This document shows positions 1 through 10,999 of a stretch of DNA of 64,000 nt, piece after piece. Under the pieces are notes generated by a model, which saw nothing but the letters and a program-made list of their open reading frames with translations, ran no database searches and was not told the origin of the DNA. The first letter of the stretch is position 1. Every line of letters starts with the position of its first letter. Source of the stretch: a virus (lineage: Duplodnaviria > Caudoviricetes); the IMG/VR virus record IMGVR_UViG_3300032167_000006; one strand, written 5' to 3'. Made by a program: the position numbers and the translations under genes.

Positions 1-36
1 TAATTTCAAATATTTTGTTCATTTTCCATGCTCCTT

Positions 37-261
37 TTAGTCGTTTTTACATCTAGCAGTATGCATTATTTGTGATATTTCTGTAGATGTTTTTGCTTTT
101 TTAATCCTATTAATCACTTCAGTGCCATAACAAAAATCTTTAGCAGCCCTAATAGCCTGTTTTCTATATTTGCTTAATTCATATTTTAAATTTTTTTCCG
201 ATTTTTCTGGTAATGGATTATATCTATTATCTATTGTACTAATTATATATGGGTTACTCAT
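37..261 (-). CDS. small helical phage protein (paralog of 21361..21546)
   Basis: ATG at 261 preceded by AAGGTGG; shares YRKxAIxxAKDFxY...AKTxxEISxIMxxARC with 21361..21546. Confidence 0.75.
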   Translation of the reverse strand: MSNPYIISTIDNRYNPLPEKSEKNLKYELSKYRKQAIRAAKDFCYGTEVINRIKKAKTSTEISQIMHTARCKND

Positions 262-553
262 TTTTATCCACCTTCTTTTCTTCTTCATAATATTTTTGTA
301 TTCTTCTTATTTTGTCTTGCTTAATATGCAATACCTCATTACTATTAAGTTTAGGTAATGCATTAATATCTTGAAGATATTCAATAATAGATTGAAGTTC
401 ATAAAATTCTGTAACTATTTCATGTGCATGATCTTTTATAACTTTAGGATGGTGGCCTGTTAATTTAAATCTAATTGCTTTAGAGCAGGCTTTAATTATC
501 TCACTGCATTCCTCCATAGCAACAATAAGCATATTTTTTGTTCTTCCGTTCAT
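254..553 (-). CDS. MazG-like nucleotide pyrophosphohydrolase
   Basis: start reassigned to ATG 553 (GGAGG RBS); MEECSEIIKACSK...EFYEL acidic helix pattern of all-alpha NTP-PPases. Confidence 0.6.
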   Translation of the reverse strand: MNGRTKNMLIVAMEECSEIIKACSKAIRFKLTGHHPKVIKDHAHEIVTEFYELQSIIEYLQDINALPKLNSNEVLHIKQDKIRRIQKYYEEEKKVDKNE

Positions 554-599
554 AATGACCTCCATTAATATTATTATATTATTGTAAATAATGTTGTTA

Positions 600-612
600 A
601 ACATTAAAATAA
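600..612 (+). promoter_or_regulatory. late-promoter motif RACA-N6-TAA
   Basis: AACATTAAAATAA upstream of 639. Confidence 0.7.
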
Positions 613-638
613 TGTAATATAAAGGAGGTTAAATTTCT

Positions 639-1265
639 ATGATTGCATTTGAGAAAAATCCTGCTATCTTTGATCCAGGTAGCGAGTATTGTATTACTTT
701 AGCAGCTACTAGAGGGTCATTAATAGATACTGATATATATTCTAGATTCATTTATTCATGCGAAAATAATTTTAGAAAACTTATTTTTTATAAAGGTTAT
801 AAGAGTTATCTTATGAATATGGGTTTTAATAGAGACCAAAATATGGCTAATATAACTGCTGAAATGGCAGATATACAATTGCATCATCATTTCCCAACTC
901 TTAAGCAGGCAGCTATAATGATTACTGAGCATTTACTTAATACTAAAGGATGTGCGACTACATTTGAAGTTGTTCAACTTCTTGAGGAAGCTCATAGAAA
1001 TCATTGGTTTTCTGTTATATTTTTATCTCAAACCCAGCATGAAGTATTTCATTCGGATCCTTCAAACTTTATATCATTAAAACAATGTGTTGGTAATGGA
1101 TGGAAATTTATCGATAAATATATAGATGGAATGACATTAGATATCTCATTTAAGTTATTATTACAACTTAAATTAGAAGAGCAGTATGGAGAATCATTCT
1201 CTCCTAATCTTGTTAAAGCAAGAGAGCAGATCAAAGACTGGTCACTTAAAAATCCTATGTATTAA
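639..1265 (+). CDS. His-rich, HNH-like late protein (paralog of 22635..23411)
   Basis: LHHHFPTL...H...LSQTQHEVFH; AAGGAGG RBS; late motif upstream. Confidence 0.55.
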   Translation: MIAFEKNPAIFDPGSEYCITLAATRGSLIDTDIYSRFIYSCENNFRKLIFYKGYKSYLMNMGFNRDQNMANITAEMADIQLHHHFPTLKQAAIMITEHLLNTKGCATTFEVVQLLEEAHRNHWFSVIFLSQTQHEVFHSDPSNFISLKQCVGNGWKFIDKYIDGMTLDISFKLLLQLKLEEQYGESFSPNLVKAREQIKDWSLKNPMY

Positions 1266-1272
1266 ATATAAA

Positions 1273-1295
1273 GAGATAGGGGCAATCCCTATCTC
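1273..1295 (+). terminator. stem-loop after 639..1265
   Basis: GAGATAGGG-gcaat-CCCTATCTC followed by T-rich run. Confidence 0.75.
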
Positions 1296-1316
1296 AGTTT
1301 ATTTTGCTAGCTGGTT

Positions 1317-1329
1317 GACATCTTATTAA
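1317..1329 (+). promoter_or_regulatory. late-promoter motif
   Basis: GACATCTTATTAA upstream of 1357. Confidence 0.7.
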
Positions 1330-1356
1330 ATATTAAAGAAAGGGGTGTAAATTGTT

Positions 1357-4300
1357 ATGATATTCCCTGAGAAGACTATTACAGATAATCCATTTGTGGA
1401 TAATATATTGTATTATAGTAAACTCATAGCTCTTAATTGTACAATTAAAGATGAACAAGAAGCTTTATCTCAGGAAACGCCAGAAAGTTTAAGACGAAGA
1501 GAACTTCTAATAAGTTCTATAGAAAAAACTTCTACGTATGAGGTTTATGAATCGATTCCTGAAGAAATTCTTGAAAAATATGTTACTCCTGTAAGTAATA
1601 TTGATATATATGCTAATAGCTTAGGCTCGTTACAAACATATATGAATTCATATAAAGTCAATGAGAGGAATGATATATTATCAAGGTTAAGCAATTTAGC
1701 AGCTAATATATATGCATCTCATTATGATATAATGATGAATCATTTATCTGAAATTGGCGATACTTGGATTGACGATAATAAAGAATTATTTGATAATTGT
1801 GTGAATGGTACTGCTAATTATAATAACTTATTCAAAGTAATACCATTTAAAACTAGATGTAATATTATTGGCACTTATATAAATAATTACGATAATACCA
1901 ATATAGAAGATATTGCTAATGATTTATATTCATTTGAAGTTTATATTAATAATAGAAGCGATTCTTATATAAATGGTGAATTAAATAAAATCAGTAAAGC
2001 AATGAGAGATGTGTTTATTGGTCATTATACAATAATGAAGGATAGAGGATATCTTGAAAATGCTGTATCTGATTGGATACATTTCTTTGATGATGAAAAT
2101 GCATATAAAAAGGCTATGAATGGAACAGCTACATATATGGATATGTATATGCTATTTCCAAATTATGCTATAATAGAATCTTTACTTGCTGTATTTGATG
2201 AAGATACTATACAAAATAACGGATTAGATAGAGATCCGGAATTATTAGATAATTATATTAAAAATATAGATCCAAATGGAGCTGTTAATGCATATAAACT
2301 TAATAAAGTTATGTCGGATAGATATTTAGAAAATTATAATATTTATCTAAATAGCATTTTATATTCAAAATGCTTAAATGGTACTACTGATTTTTATGAG
2401 CTTTATGATCATTTACCATTAGAGACTAGAAAAATAATACTCTCATCTATATTTGAAGAAAAAACAAATCTTCAAGAATATGCTGATTCTAAGAAATTAT
2501 TTAATGCATATCTTAATACTCTTAATAGAGAAGAGAGAAATCGTATAAAAACGGCTATCACTGTTGATATGCAGAATTATTACCCTTCGCATCATGAAGA
2601 GCTTAATAATTATTATCGTACATTAATCGGACTTCCTCCATTAGATGATAATGGTAAAGTTATGGAAGATACATTAAAAAGTACATATGATGCTGAACAT
2701 GATCAGAATATTTCGCTTACTCATAAAAAATTTATTGATCGACTTCCAGAAGGAGTATATCCAGAATCACACTGGAACCAAGAAATATATAAATTTGATG
2801 CATATGACATAGGTATATTAAATCAATATGGAATACTTGAAGACTGGCTAGTTGCATGTGGTTCAGATCTTAATAATCCGAGATATAAATATTTAAGATA
2901 TCTTGGAGACGAAAAATTAGATTTATATACTTGCAGTAAAGCTATGAACTTTCAGCTTATTGGTATCCCGACAATAGATGATTCTGAATTTAAGCGTAAA
3001 TTTACAGATACATATGTTGTAAATAGAGATTATATTATTAGAGCTGTATATTCAGAAGCACATAAATTCCAATCTGATTATTATGATAAATTTATTATAA
3101 TATTTATACTTATAAATACTATAATGGACTGTCTTACTGGCATCACTGATCATATAATCAATAGAGAAGTATTTGATTCTCGTTGTATTAAATATTTATT
3201 TGAATCTTATGGAATTCCGTTTTATTCTGAAATACCTATAAAATATCAAAAAGCAATGTTAAAGAATCTTAATACTTTAATTAAGTTTAAATCAAGTACA
3301 AGAAACATGGTTGATATTTGTTCCTTATTTGGTTTTTCTGATGTAAGAGTATTTGGATATTATTTATTCAAACAGCGTTTGATAGATGATTCTACTGGAG
3401 AGTATAATTTAAAAGATAATATATATTATGATATATCTCAATTGTACGTTCGCCATGTAAATGGTGATGAAGTAGATTATAATGGAGTTAGATATTATAA
3501 TTTACCTAAATATTTGAAATTATATCCCGTAGATGAAAATAAATATACAAAAACTATTAGTGTAGAATCAGAAAAAGATCCTGTAAGAATTTTAAATAAT
3601 GATAGTATAAAGAATGTATATATACGTGAAAAAAGTGAAGATGATAAAGGTAATGATATATACGAATTTATACCTTTTAAAGATTCAAGCTATTTCACAC
3701 AAATAAATGCTAATACTGCACCTGCAGAACTTAAATTTATAAAAGTTCCAATCGATGAGAACTTATCAGCATATAAGAATGATCCTGATTATATTGTGCC
3801 ATATGATGAAGTAGTATATCAGGATGAGGGAAATACTTGGCATGGCGGTGAAGATTATAATGTATTATATAATAAATTACTTGACCATGAATTTAATGCC
3901 GTTAAAACCAAGTATATATCAGTAGAAACAGTTACAGATATGACAGAATTATCATTCCAAGTTTCATATTTTTACAATATGCTATTTGATAATATGTATT
4001 CTGAAGATAATCTTACTGTAGAAATACCTCATATTAAAATAGGTCATAAATTTAGATTTATGGATGTAGTATGTTATTTATTCTCTTTAATGTATTTATA
4101 TAATGGATTAGAGGATAATATAATGTATTCTCCTACACAAATGCTTTATATTAAAGGATACGATTTTAATAATGATACAAATACTGTATTAAAAAATATA
4201 TTTAATTATGCACAGAAAAACCCTGTTACAGATGAGGATATAGAAAACTATAAGCGTGAATTTAATATAAATGAAAGAATATCTGAAGATGGATATGATT

Positions 4301-7206
4301 ATCGTAAAGCATTCGAGCATTGTAATATGAAAGCGTTTAATCTGGAATGCGATGTTGATAGATTAGAGACTTGGCTAAACAATAATTTCCAGATGTCTCT
4401 TGATGATTTTGTAGTACAAGATAATCCAGATCCAATGCAAGATATAACACTTAGAAGCTTTTTCTCACTTAATAACTCGTATTATCAAAAGAGTCTTTTC
4501 ACTAGCGATAACTTATACCCTGTTCAATCTAATCAAAATATTAAATATGCTTTTGGATATGAATTATTAAAAAAGACTCCTATAGAAGATATTAATGATA
4601 ATAAACATGAATATTTAGATAATAATACTGAAGTAATTACTGATTCTTCAGATACTATATATATTATGGATCATACCAAATATATTAGTAATAATAAGGG
4701 AGATTATGCTATATATTATAAATATAATCGTCAAGATGATGCATTTGAAAAATTTAATAATACAATTTATCATACAAATAAAGTATCTGGAGGATTGTAT
4801 AATAGGCTTTTCAATGGTAAGATAGCAATAGCAGATAAAAATGATAATTATATTTTTGCAGCAGATGCTTATTTCATTAAAAAAGATAAAATATATGATG
4901 AAATCATTGATGAAGAATATTTTAGAGAAGATAATAATAAGCTTAGTGATTACGATAAGATATTTAAATTTGGCGAATATTATATTTATAAAGATGGTAA
5001 ATGGGTTCTTGATGATGAAAATTGTTATGTGAAAATAACCCAAGGTACTGATGTAATTTATGATTTATTAAAAAATGCCGATAATTATGAAAATATTCTT
5101 GTTTTAGATGATGATAGTTATGTAAAAGATATAGATGGTCATTTTATAAGACTATCAGAAACAGATTTTTATAAAAAGAAAGAATCTGGTGAAGATTATA
5201 ATGGCTATGTATATACAGAAGAAGATTGCTATATTAAATCTGCAAATAATAAGAAAACAGAATTTTTCGATCCAACAGTAAAACCTAGAGTGTATTATGA
5301 AAAACTTAGTGATTATTATAATAGGACTAATTATATTATATCTGATACATATTATATATTAAATAGTAATGGTGAATATGTAGCTCAATCTAATTTAATC
5401 GATCCAAATAATTGCTATTATAAAGATGAAAATAATGAATATCATCTTGTTATAGAATCATTATCAACAGTAAAAGAATATGATGCAGATAAATATAAAA
5501 CAATTAGTTCTTTATTTATATTACAAAGCGATAATGATTATGTAGAATATACCAAAGATGGTGATATATATCTTAAGAAATTTGATATAAATAAAAGATA
5601 TGTATATAATTCTGATTTTGAATATATTACCGTATTAAATAAGAACGATACCTATGATTCAAATAATATTATGGTAGTAATTTTTAATAAAGAACTTACT
5701 TCATATAAAGAAGATAATATAATAAACACTTCATATGATCCAGAAAAATCGGACGGCGTATGGGATGAGAATGATTGGTATTATTCTGATGATTATTTAG
5801 GTGAACATTCATGGTATTATAAAAATCCAAATGGAACCACTGTAGAACCAGAGGAAGAGGAAGAAAAAGATGCTGTAGGTTCTGGATTCTATATAAAGGC
5901 ATCATCATATTTAGATGAAAATATTAAATTAATAGAAGGAAATAAATATTATTTATCTCTAGATATTAAAACTAATTTTACTGGAACCATTCAAATCGCA
6001 TGTGTAGCAGATAATACAGTATGTGATGGTAAAGGATTATTTATCAATAGCCAAGCTAGAATATATTCTGTTAAGAAAGATGAAGAACAACATATTGATC
6101 AAATATTTATAGCTAATGATATAGAACAACCTAGATTAGTATTCTTAATTTATGATTATGAAGATAATCCTATTAATTTTGGTGATTTAATCGAAATTGG
6201 TAATATTAGATTCGTTGAATCTTATAATAATAATTATATAGCTCAGGATATTCCTTCTTATGATAGATTACAAGAGCTATATAGAACAAATGAATCTATA
6301 TATAAATACCTTATTACTCTTATGGCTAATACAGATGATTTACGTACTTATAATATTTATAAGCATATATATGATTCTATGATGACTGCTAAATATAATA
6401 AAGAAGCATTTAAACTAGAAGAAGGTAGGTATGCAAAAACATATACTGATTTCTTAGAAACAAGAGATGCTGTATTATATGAAAAACTTTGCTATTTTAA
6501 ATCACTCGACCCAGATGCATTGCGTAAGCAAGTTGCTGATAATATAGTTGAAGTTTCATATGCTATTGATGACTGTATTGATACATATTCATATGGTTAT
6601 CTTTATTCATATTTCCCTGCGGTATCTGCATCATATATTCAGCAGTATATTATTAAGATTATTAACTTCTTTAAATCATGGAAAGTACATCTTTTAGGTA
6701 TTAATACTGTATATAAATTTGATGATAAATTAGAGAATACTATAAAAATTCTTGAACGTCATCAAGAGCGTATAAGAATTGATGATGCTAAGGGTAATGT
6801 ATTTATTTATGGTGGAGTTAAGATTAATCCTATGGATTCTATAACCATGAATGAAAATGGAGAAAAAGTATCGTATTCAGAGTTATTCCCTGATTTTGTT
6901 GAGCATTCACATAAATTAAATGATCATTATACTATACATGATAGAGTTAGAATTATATCTTCCACTGCAAATGGATTTGATCATTTCTATGATAGTGATA
7001 ATGAATTAATGCTTAGATTGAATAATATAGAAACTAAGGTTTCTATTGATGAAAATAATAATCTTGTAATTAATTCAGATAAGTATAGTATTTCAGTTGA
7101 AGATAAGAATAAAGCTATATTGACAACTGATGAAAGTGATCATGAAGTATTTGGAATACAACGTATTGGTGAAATAAATTCTAATACAATTGATTTAACT
7201 AATTAA
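1357..7206 (+). CDS. large virion structural protein, probable baseplate wedge/hub (1949 aa)
   Basis: long ORF, late motif upstream; YYRTLIGLPP, KNLNTLIKFKSS and IINFFKSWK blocks resemble jumbo-phage baseplate proteins; N-terminal NGTxxY repeats. Confidence 0.55.
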   Translation: MIFPEKTITDNPFVDNILYYSKLIALNCTIKDEQEALSQETPESLRRRELLISSIEKTSTYEVYESIPEEILEKYVTPVSNIDIYANSLGSLQTYMNSYKVNERNDILSRLSNLAANIYASHYDIMMNHLSEIGDTWIDDNKELFDNCVNGTANYNNLFKVIPFKTRCNIIGTYINNYDNTNIEDIANDLYSFEVYINNRSDSYINGELNKISKAMRDVFIGHYTIMKDRGYLENAVSDWIHFFDDENAYKKAMNGTATYMDMYMLFPNYAIIESLLAVFDEDTIQNNGLDRDPELLDNYIKNIDPNGAVNAYKLNKVMSDRYLENYNIYLNSILYSKCLNGTTDFYELYDHLPLETRKIILSSIFEEKTNLQEYADSKKLFNAYLNTLNREERNRIKTAITVDMQNYYPSHHEELNNYYRTLIGLPPLDDNGKVMEDTLKSTYDAEHDQNISLTHKKFIDRLPEGVYPESHWNQEIYKFDAYDIGILNQYGILEDWLVACGSDLNNPRYKYLRYLGDEKLDLYTCSKAMNFQLIGIPTIDDSEFKRKFTDTYVVNRDYIIRAVYSEAHKFQSDYYDKFIIIFILINTIMDCLTGITDHIINREVFDSRCIKYLFESYGIPFYSEIPIKYQKAMLKNLNTLIKFKSSTRNMVDICSLFGFSDVRVFGYYLFKQRLIDDSTGEYNLKDNIYYDISQLYVRHVNGDEVDYNGVRYYNLPKYLKLYPVDENKYTKTISVESEKDPVRILNNDSIKNVYIREKSEDDKGNDIYEFIPFKDSSYFTQINANTAPAELKFIKVPIDENLSAYKNDPDYIVPYDEVVYQDEGNTWHGGEDYNVLYNKLLDHEFNAVKTKYISVETVTDMTELSFQVSYFYNMLFDNMYSEDNLTVEIPHIKIGHKFRFMDVVCYLFSLMYLYNGLEDNIMYSPTQMLYIKGYDFNNDTNTVLKNIFNYAQKNPVTDEDIENYKREFNINERISEDGYDYRKAFEHCNMKAFNLECDVDRLETWLNNNFQMSLDDFVVQDNPDPMQDITLRSFFSLNNSYYQKSLFTSDNLYPVQSNQNIKYAFGYELLKKTPIEDINDNKHEYLDNNTEVITDSSDTIYIMDHTKYISNNKGDYAIYYKYNRQDDAFEKFNNTIYHTNKVSGGLYNRLFNGKIAIADKNDNYIFAADAYFIKKDKIYDEIIDEEYFREDNNKLSDYDKIFKFGEYYIYKDGKWVLDDENCYVKITQGTDVIYDLLKNADNYENILVLDDDSYVKDIDGHFIRLSETDFYKKKESGEDYNGYVYTEEDCYIKSANNKKTEFFDPTVKPRVYYEKLSDYYNRTNYIISDTYYILNSNGEYVAQSNLIDPNNCYYKDENNEYHLVIESLSTVKEYDADKYKTISSLFILQSDNDYVEYTKDGDIYLKKFDINKRYVYNSDFEYITVLNKNDTYDSNNIMVVIFNKELTSYKEDNIINTSYDPEKSDGVWDENDWYYSDDYLGEHSWYYKNPNGTTVEPEEEEEKDAVGSGFYIKASSYLDENIKLIEGNKYYLSLDIKTNFTGTIQIACVADNTVCDGKGLFINSQARIYSVKKDEEQHIDQIFIANDIEQPRLVFLIYDYEDNPINFGDLIEIGNIRFVESYNNNYIAQDIPSYDRLQELYRTNESIYKYLITLMANTDDLRTYNIYKHIYDSMMTAKYNKEAFKLEEGRYAKTYTDFLETRDAVLYEKLCYFKSLDPDALRKQVADNIVEVSYAIDDCIDTYSYGYLYSYFPAVSASYIQQYIIKIINFFKSWKVHLLGINTVYKFDDKLENTIKILERHQERIRIDDAKGNVFIYGGVKINPMDSITMNENGEKVSYSELFPDFVEHSHKLNDHYTIHDRVRIISSTANGFDHFYDSDNELMLRLNNIETKVSIDENNNLVINSDKYSISVEDKNKAILTTDESDHEVFGIQRIGEINSNTIDLTN

Positions 7207-7211
7207 AATAT

Positions 7212-7240
7212 TAGAGGCTATTATAAACTAATAGCCTCTA
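7212..7240 (+). terminator. intra-operon stem-loop
   Basis: TAGAGGCTATTA-taaac-TAATAGCCTCTA. Confidence 0.6.
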
Positions 7241-7271
7241 TTCTTATATATAAGAATGGAGGTAACAACCA

Positions 7272-8240
7272 ATGGATGAAATTAGATATCTTAAAGATTT
7301 TAATAGACCTAATGATGAATATAAAATGGGTAAGAATGGAATATTATTACCCACACAGCAAAGAGTAAACTCAAAGATTAATATTTATAATGAGCAAACT
7401 GGTGAATTAATTTTTGAGGGACATAATAAAACAGTTATTGCTGGTTCTGCTCTTACAGCAATGAAATTATTTGATCTTGATAGAAATGTTCTTGATAGAA
7501 CTCCAACATACGATGAAGAATTAGATCTTGATAAAGGAGCTAATGGAACAACAGATGAACCAACTGTACTTATAACAAATGGTAATTCTACTATTGCAGA
7601 AATTCCTGATGAATGCCAGAGAAAGATTATTGGATTCTGTGTTGGCCAGGGTGGTGCAGGTTTAGATATATCGGATGTATTTGATGTAGCGTATTGTTCT
7701 CGTATAGAACCAAATATAAATACGATTATACCATTTAGATATCCATTAAGAAAAGATGATGTTGGCGTAAATGGAGTTAATGAAGATATTTATAAAGGCC
7801 GTTCTAACTTACCAAATAAAATTGATCCAACAATAGATAGAAATGCTTATTATTTTAAAACATTTTCTAATACTCCAGCATTAGTACAAAATTATGTAAA
7901 TACAATTGGTACAGCTACAGAATCTGTAAATAAAGCTACAGTATATTCAGATTCTGCGCCTGCTGATAAAGCACAGTCTTATGTGGAACTTCATTTAAAG
8001 ATTACTAAAGAAGATTGTAGAGAATTCTTTATCGCTCATACAGGTATCGAGAACGCAAAAATCAATCAGATATCTTTAGTATCTGCATGGACCAAGAAAG
8101 TTACACTTGAAGATACTAAAGATAATAAGGAAGTAGAATATTTCCAAGATATTAGACCTTTTAGTGTAATTAATATACCTAATGAGATTATTTCTAATCA
8201 TGAAAAATCTCTTAGTATTGTATACTCACTTTACTTTTAA
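7272..8240 (+). CDS. probable baseplate/tail-attachment protein
   Basis: follows 1949-aa gene; GHNKTV, FCVGQGG, IPFRY, YYFK, EDCREFF blocks; GGAGG RBS. Confidence 0.5.
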   Translation: MDEIRYLKDFNRPNDEYKMGKNGILLPTQQRVNSKINIYNEQTGELIFEGHNKTVIAGSALTAMKLFDLDRNVLDRTPTYDEELDLDKGANGTTDEPTVLITNGNSTIAEIPDECQRKIIGFCVGQGGAGLDISDVFDVAYCSRIEPNINTIIPFRYPLRKDDVGVNGVNEDIYKGRSNLPNKIDPTIDRNAYYFKTFSNTPALVQNYVNTIGTATESVNKATVYSDSAPADKAQSYVELHLKITKEDCREFFIAHTGIENAKINQISLVSAWTKKVTLEDTKDNKEVEYFQDIRPFSVINIPNEIISNHEKSLSIVYSLYF

Positions 8241-8246
8241 ATAAGT

Positions 8247-8274
8247 TACCCGTAGGGAGTAATCCCTACGGGTA
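8247..8274. terminator. bidirectional stem-loop between convergent genes
   Basis: TACCCGTAGGGA-GTAA-TCCCTACGGGTA. Confidence 0.8.
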
Positions 8275-8278
8275 TATT

Positions 8279-8722
8279 TTATTGTAAATAAAAATATGCT
8301 TTATAAATATCTATATGTGTGGCAGGTACATCAAAAGTTACAGTATATTCAGAGCCATTTAAAGTAAAACACTCTGTAACATCTTTACCAGTTTTCTCTT
8401 GAATTATACGATAAAGAGCGTAATCACCTTCTGGTACTTCTATTGTCGCAGATATACTACCTGGATAAATTACAGTATAATTTGTTTTGATATAATTTAA
8501 ATGATTAATATCAGATACGTCCATGGTTCTAATCATATTTAAAATAATATCATCTTTTAATTTTGCGCCTGCAGATATTATAACTGTATCACTATCATCT
8601 GGATTAATTAAATCTTCTCCAATAGTAAGTCTTTCCACAAAATTAGGCACAACTTCAGCTTCCGTTATTTTATCTAATCTAATATCAAAATCTTCTGGTT
8701 CATAAAAATTATTCTGTGCCAT
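8279..8722 (-). CDS. hypothetical virion-associated protein
   Basis: overlaps upstream gene; GGAGGTG RBS favours ATG at 8722. Confidence 0.6.
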   Translation of the reverse strand: MAQNNFYEPEDFDIRLDKITEAEVVPNFVERLTIGEDLINPDDSDTVIISAGAKLKDDIILNMIRTMDVSDINHLNYIKTNYTVIYPGSISATIEVPEGDYALYRIIQEKTGKDVTECFTLNGSEYTVTFDVPATHIDIYKAYFYLQ

Positions 8723-10325
8723 CTGCATCACCTCCGCTAATCGTATTTATAGCTTTATCTAATTTTTCTGTTGATATATCACCTGTGATGCTATCAATAA
8801 TACTACCACTTAAAGCATCAGTAACACCAAATGATTCAAATACAATACGTTCACCAAGTTCTGCACGCACAAATAGTGTAATTGTATTATTGCCATTATT
8901 AGAATAATCTAAGTTTTCAAATAATCTTATACCATTTCTATATACATTTATAATATCACCATCGCAATAATCAAGTCCGCTAAAATCTATCACTGTTTCT
9001 TGATCCAAACACGTATGTATCCATCTTAAAGGAAATATTTCATTTATACCACTTAATAATACCGCAGTTCCTTTAGATTGACCACCTGCTGGGTTTGATT
9101 CTATTTTAAATTTAACAACCTGATTTGATCTAAATCCTTTGTTAAGTTTGCCTCCATTAGGTGTTCTTATATCATAATAGTTATATGAATTCGTATCTTC
9201 TTTATATATGCCAAAAGATAAATCAATGCTATTAACTATTGCCTTTTTGGATGCCTTTATAGTAACAATAAACACATCTCCTACATTAGGTGATGTGTTT
9301 TTATTGATAAGTATTTCATTTTTATCATCATTATTATCACTTATATCAGCACAATAAAATACTGTTTGGTTATTAGCTTCAATAGCTTGAGATAGCTCGT
9401 CATGTAATCTTGCTACTGCTTTAGATGTAGCAACTGAATTGCTATTTGAAAGAATATAAGAATCAGATACCAATTCTAACTTACTAACTGGGATAGTATG
9501 ATTTGCAATATTATTACCAGACATGAATTTTAAATTTGACCCTTCAGGATCTTCATTAGTGCTATCATAAACACTATTAAATATCCATACCAAATCAATA
9601 CGTCTACCCTTTTCAATTGGTTCATCAAAAATTATGGTACCATGAGTATATTCATCTCCATTTGTAATTATTTCATATCTATCTCTAGCTATAAATGTAG
9701 TACCTATACGCAATTCAAGCATATCTTGATAATTAGGAAATAAATATTCAAATTCAAAATTATTATAATATTTATCATCTTTTGAAGTTCCACAGTCATT
9801 TATACCGGCACGTATATACGTGATAGCAAATCCTAATTTGGTCATATTATCAAGACGTTCTTGAATAGTATTACCTTGTGAATCATATACATTATCCGCT
9901 GAAGTCACAGGCAATTGTATATTACCATCAATGGTTTGTAATAATACATTTTTTGTTGTAGGATCTAATAATTTATCTTTATCATTATTATAATCAAACC
10001 CACTATTATCTTCAGCATGAGAAAAATTCCTATATATAAAACCAATAATATCTTTTAAATTTGTTGGTCCATCTATACCTTCTATTGAAAGGGTGAAATT
10101 ATTAGCACTAATCTCTGGATTAAGATTTGCTGCTTCATTTATTATTTCTTGCGTTATATCTATATATTTTTTAGGATTACTATGATGAGTTATATAAATA
10201 TGATAATTTTTATCTTCACCATAGTTAATCATAAGCTCATTACATTGGCTTAAATCACATTTTTCATAAGCAAGAGGTTTAAGAGGTATTCTACCATGCT
10301 CAAATTGATCATTTAAAGATGCCAT
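8709..10325 (-). CDS. probable baseplate/fibre-anchoring structural protein
   Basis: late motif; LPVTSADNV motif; VYRNGIRLFENLDY..ITL small beta modules; SVATSKAV fibre motif. Confidence 0.55.
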   Translation of the reverse strand: MASLNDQFEHGRIPLKPLAYEKCDLSQCNELMINYGEDKNYHIYITHHSNPKKYIDITQEIINEAANLNPEISANNFTLSIEGIDGPTNLKDIIGFIYRNFSHAEDNSGFDYNNDKDKLLDPTTKNVLLQTIDGNIQLPVTSADNVYDSQGNTIQERLDNMTKLGFAITYIRAGINDCGTSKDDKYYNNFEFEYLFPNYQDMLELRIGTTFIARDRYEIITNGDEYTHGTIIFDEPIEKGRRIDLVWIFNSVYDSTNEDPEGSNLKFMSGNNIANHTIPVSKLELVSDSYILSNSNSVATSKAVARLHDELSQAIEANNQTVFYCADISDNNDDKNEILINKNTSPNVGDVFIVTIKASKKAIVNSIDLSFGIYKEDTNSYNYYDIRTPNGGKLNKGFRSNQVVKFKIESNPAGGQSKGTAVLLSGINEIFPLRWIHTCLDQETVIDFSGLDYCDGDIINVYRNGIRLFENLDYSNNGNNTITLFVRAELGERIVFESFGVTDALSGSIIDSITGDISTEKLDKAINTISGGDADGTE

Positions 10326-10354
10326 TATTATTGTCCTCCTTTATAATTATTTCA

Positions 10355-10367
10355 TTACAGAAATGTT
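10355..10367 (-). promoter_or_regulatory. late-promoter motif
   Basis: AACATTTCTGTAA (minus) upstream of 10325. Confidence 0.7.
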
Positions 10368-10391
10368 CGGCTCCTATATTTGCGCTAGATT

Positions 10392-10404
10392 AACATTTAA
10401 ATAA
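10392..10404 (+). promoter_or_regulatory. late-promoter motif
   Basis: AACATTTAAATAA upstream of 10429; back-to-back with the previous one. Confidence 0.7.
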
Positions 10405-10428
10405 ATATATAAGTTAGGAGGGATTATA

Positions 10429-10971
10429 ATGGGATTAAAAGAAAAAATTGCTGCTCGTAAACATAAACGAGAAAAAATAAAACAAGAAAAAGAACAGAAA
10501 AGGTTTAATCAAAGACAAGAAGAAATGAATAAAACTTACAAAAATAAAAAGCAAAAAAGTGATTTTAAATCTCTTCTTGCTCGTCTTAAATTTGAGACTT
10601 ATACTAAACGTCTTGTTGGTCTTGTTGTATTTGTAGGTTTAGTAGACTTGCAGCTTTCATACATTTTAGCATTTTTAGGAAAAGAACAGATTGCTGAATC
10701 ATTATCTAATCAAATTTGCGTAACACTTTTAGGTACTGTATTAGTATATGTAATAAGAGCTCATTTTGATACAAAAGCAGAAAAGAATGACGAACTTATT
10801 AGATCTGGACTTATTGTAGATAAAAAGAAAAATGTAGTTATTCCTAAAGAAGTTATAGAAAACAAAATACAAGAAATTATAAATAATTCTGGATTAGCTG
10901 ACCATATTAATGCAACATCTTGTGATACTGAAATGGAAACAGAGAATCCAGAGGATTCAAATTATGTTTAA
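10429..10971 (+). CDS. membrane protein, holin-like
   Basis: very basic N-terminus then two hydrophobic segments; late motif. Confidence 0.5.
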   Translation: MGLKEKIAARKHKREKIKQEKEQKRFNQRQEEMNKTYKNKKQKSDFKSLLARLKFETYTKRLVGLVVFVGLVDLQLSYILAFLGKEQIAESLSNQICVTLLGTVLVYVIRAHFDTKAEKNDELIRSGLIVDKKKNVVIPKEVIENKIQEIINNSGLADHINATSCDTEMETENPEDSNYV

Positions 10972-10999
10972 AATATTTTTATAAAGGAGAATATTAATA

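Noticed and set aside
8709-8740. SGGDADGTE tail of 8709..10325 as another DGG plug
   Set aside because: GG codons form the RBS of the overlapping gene, and that gene has no Mtd_N motif
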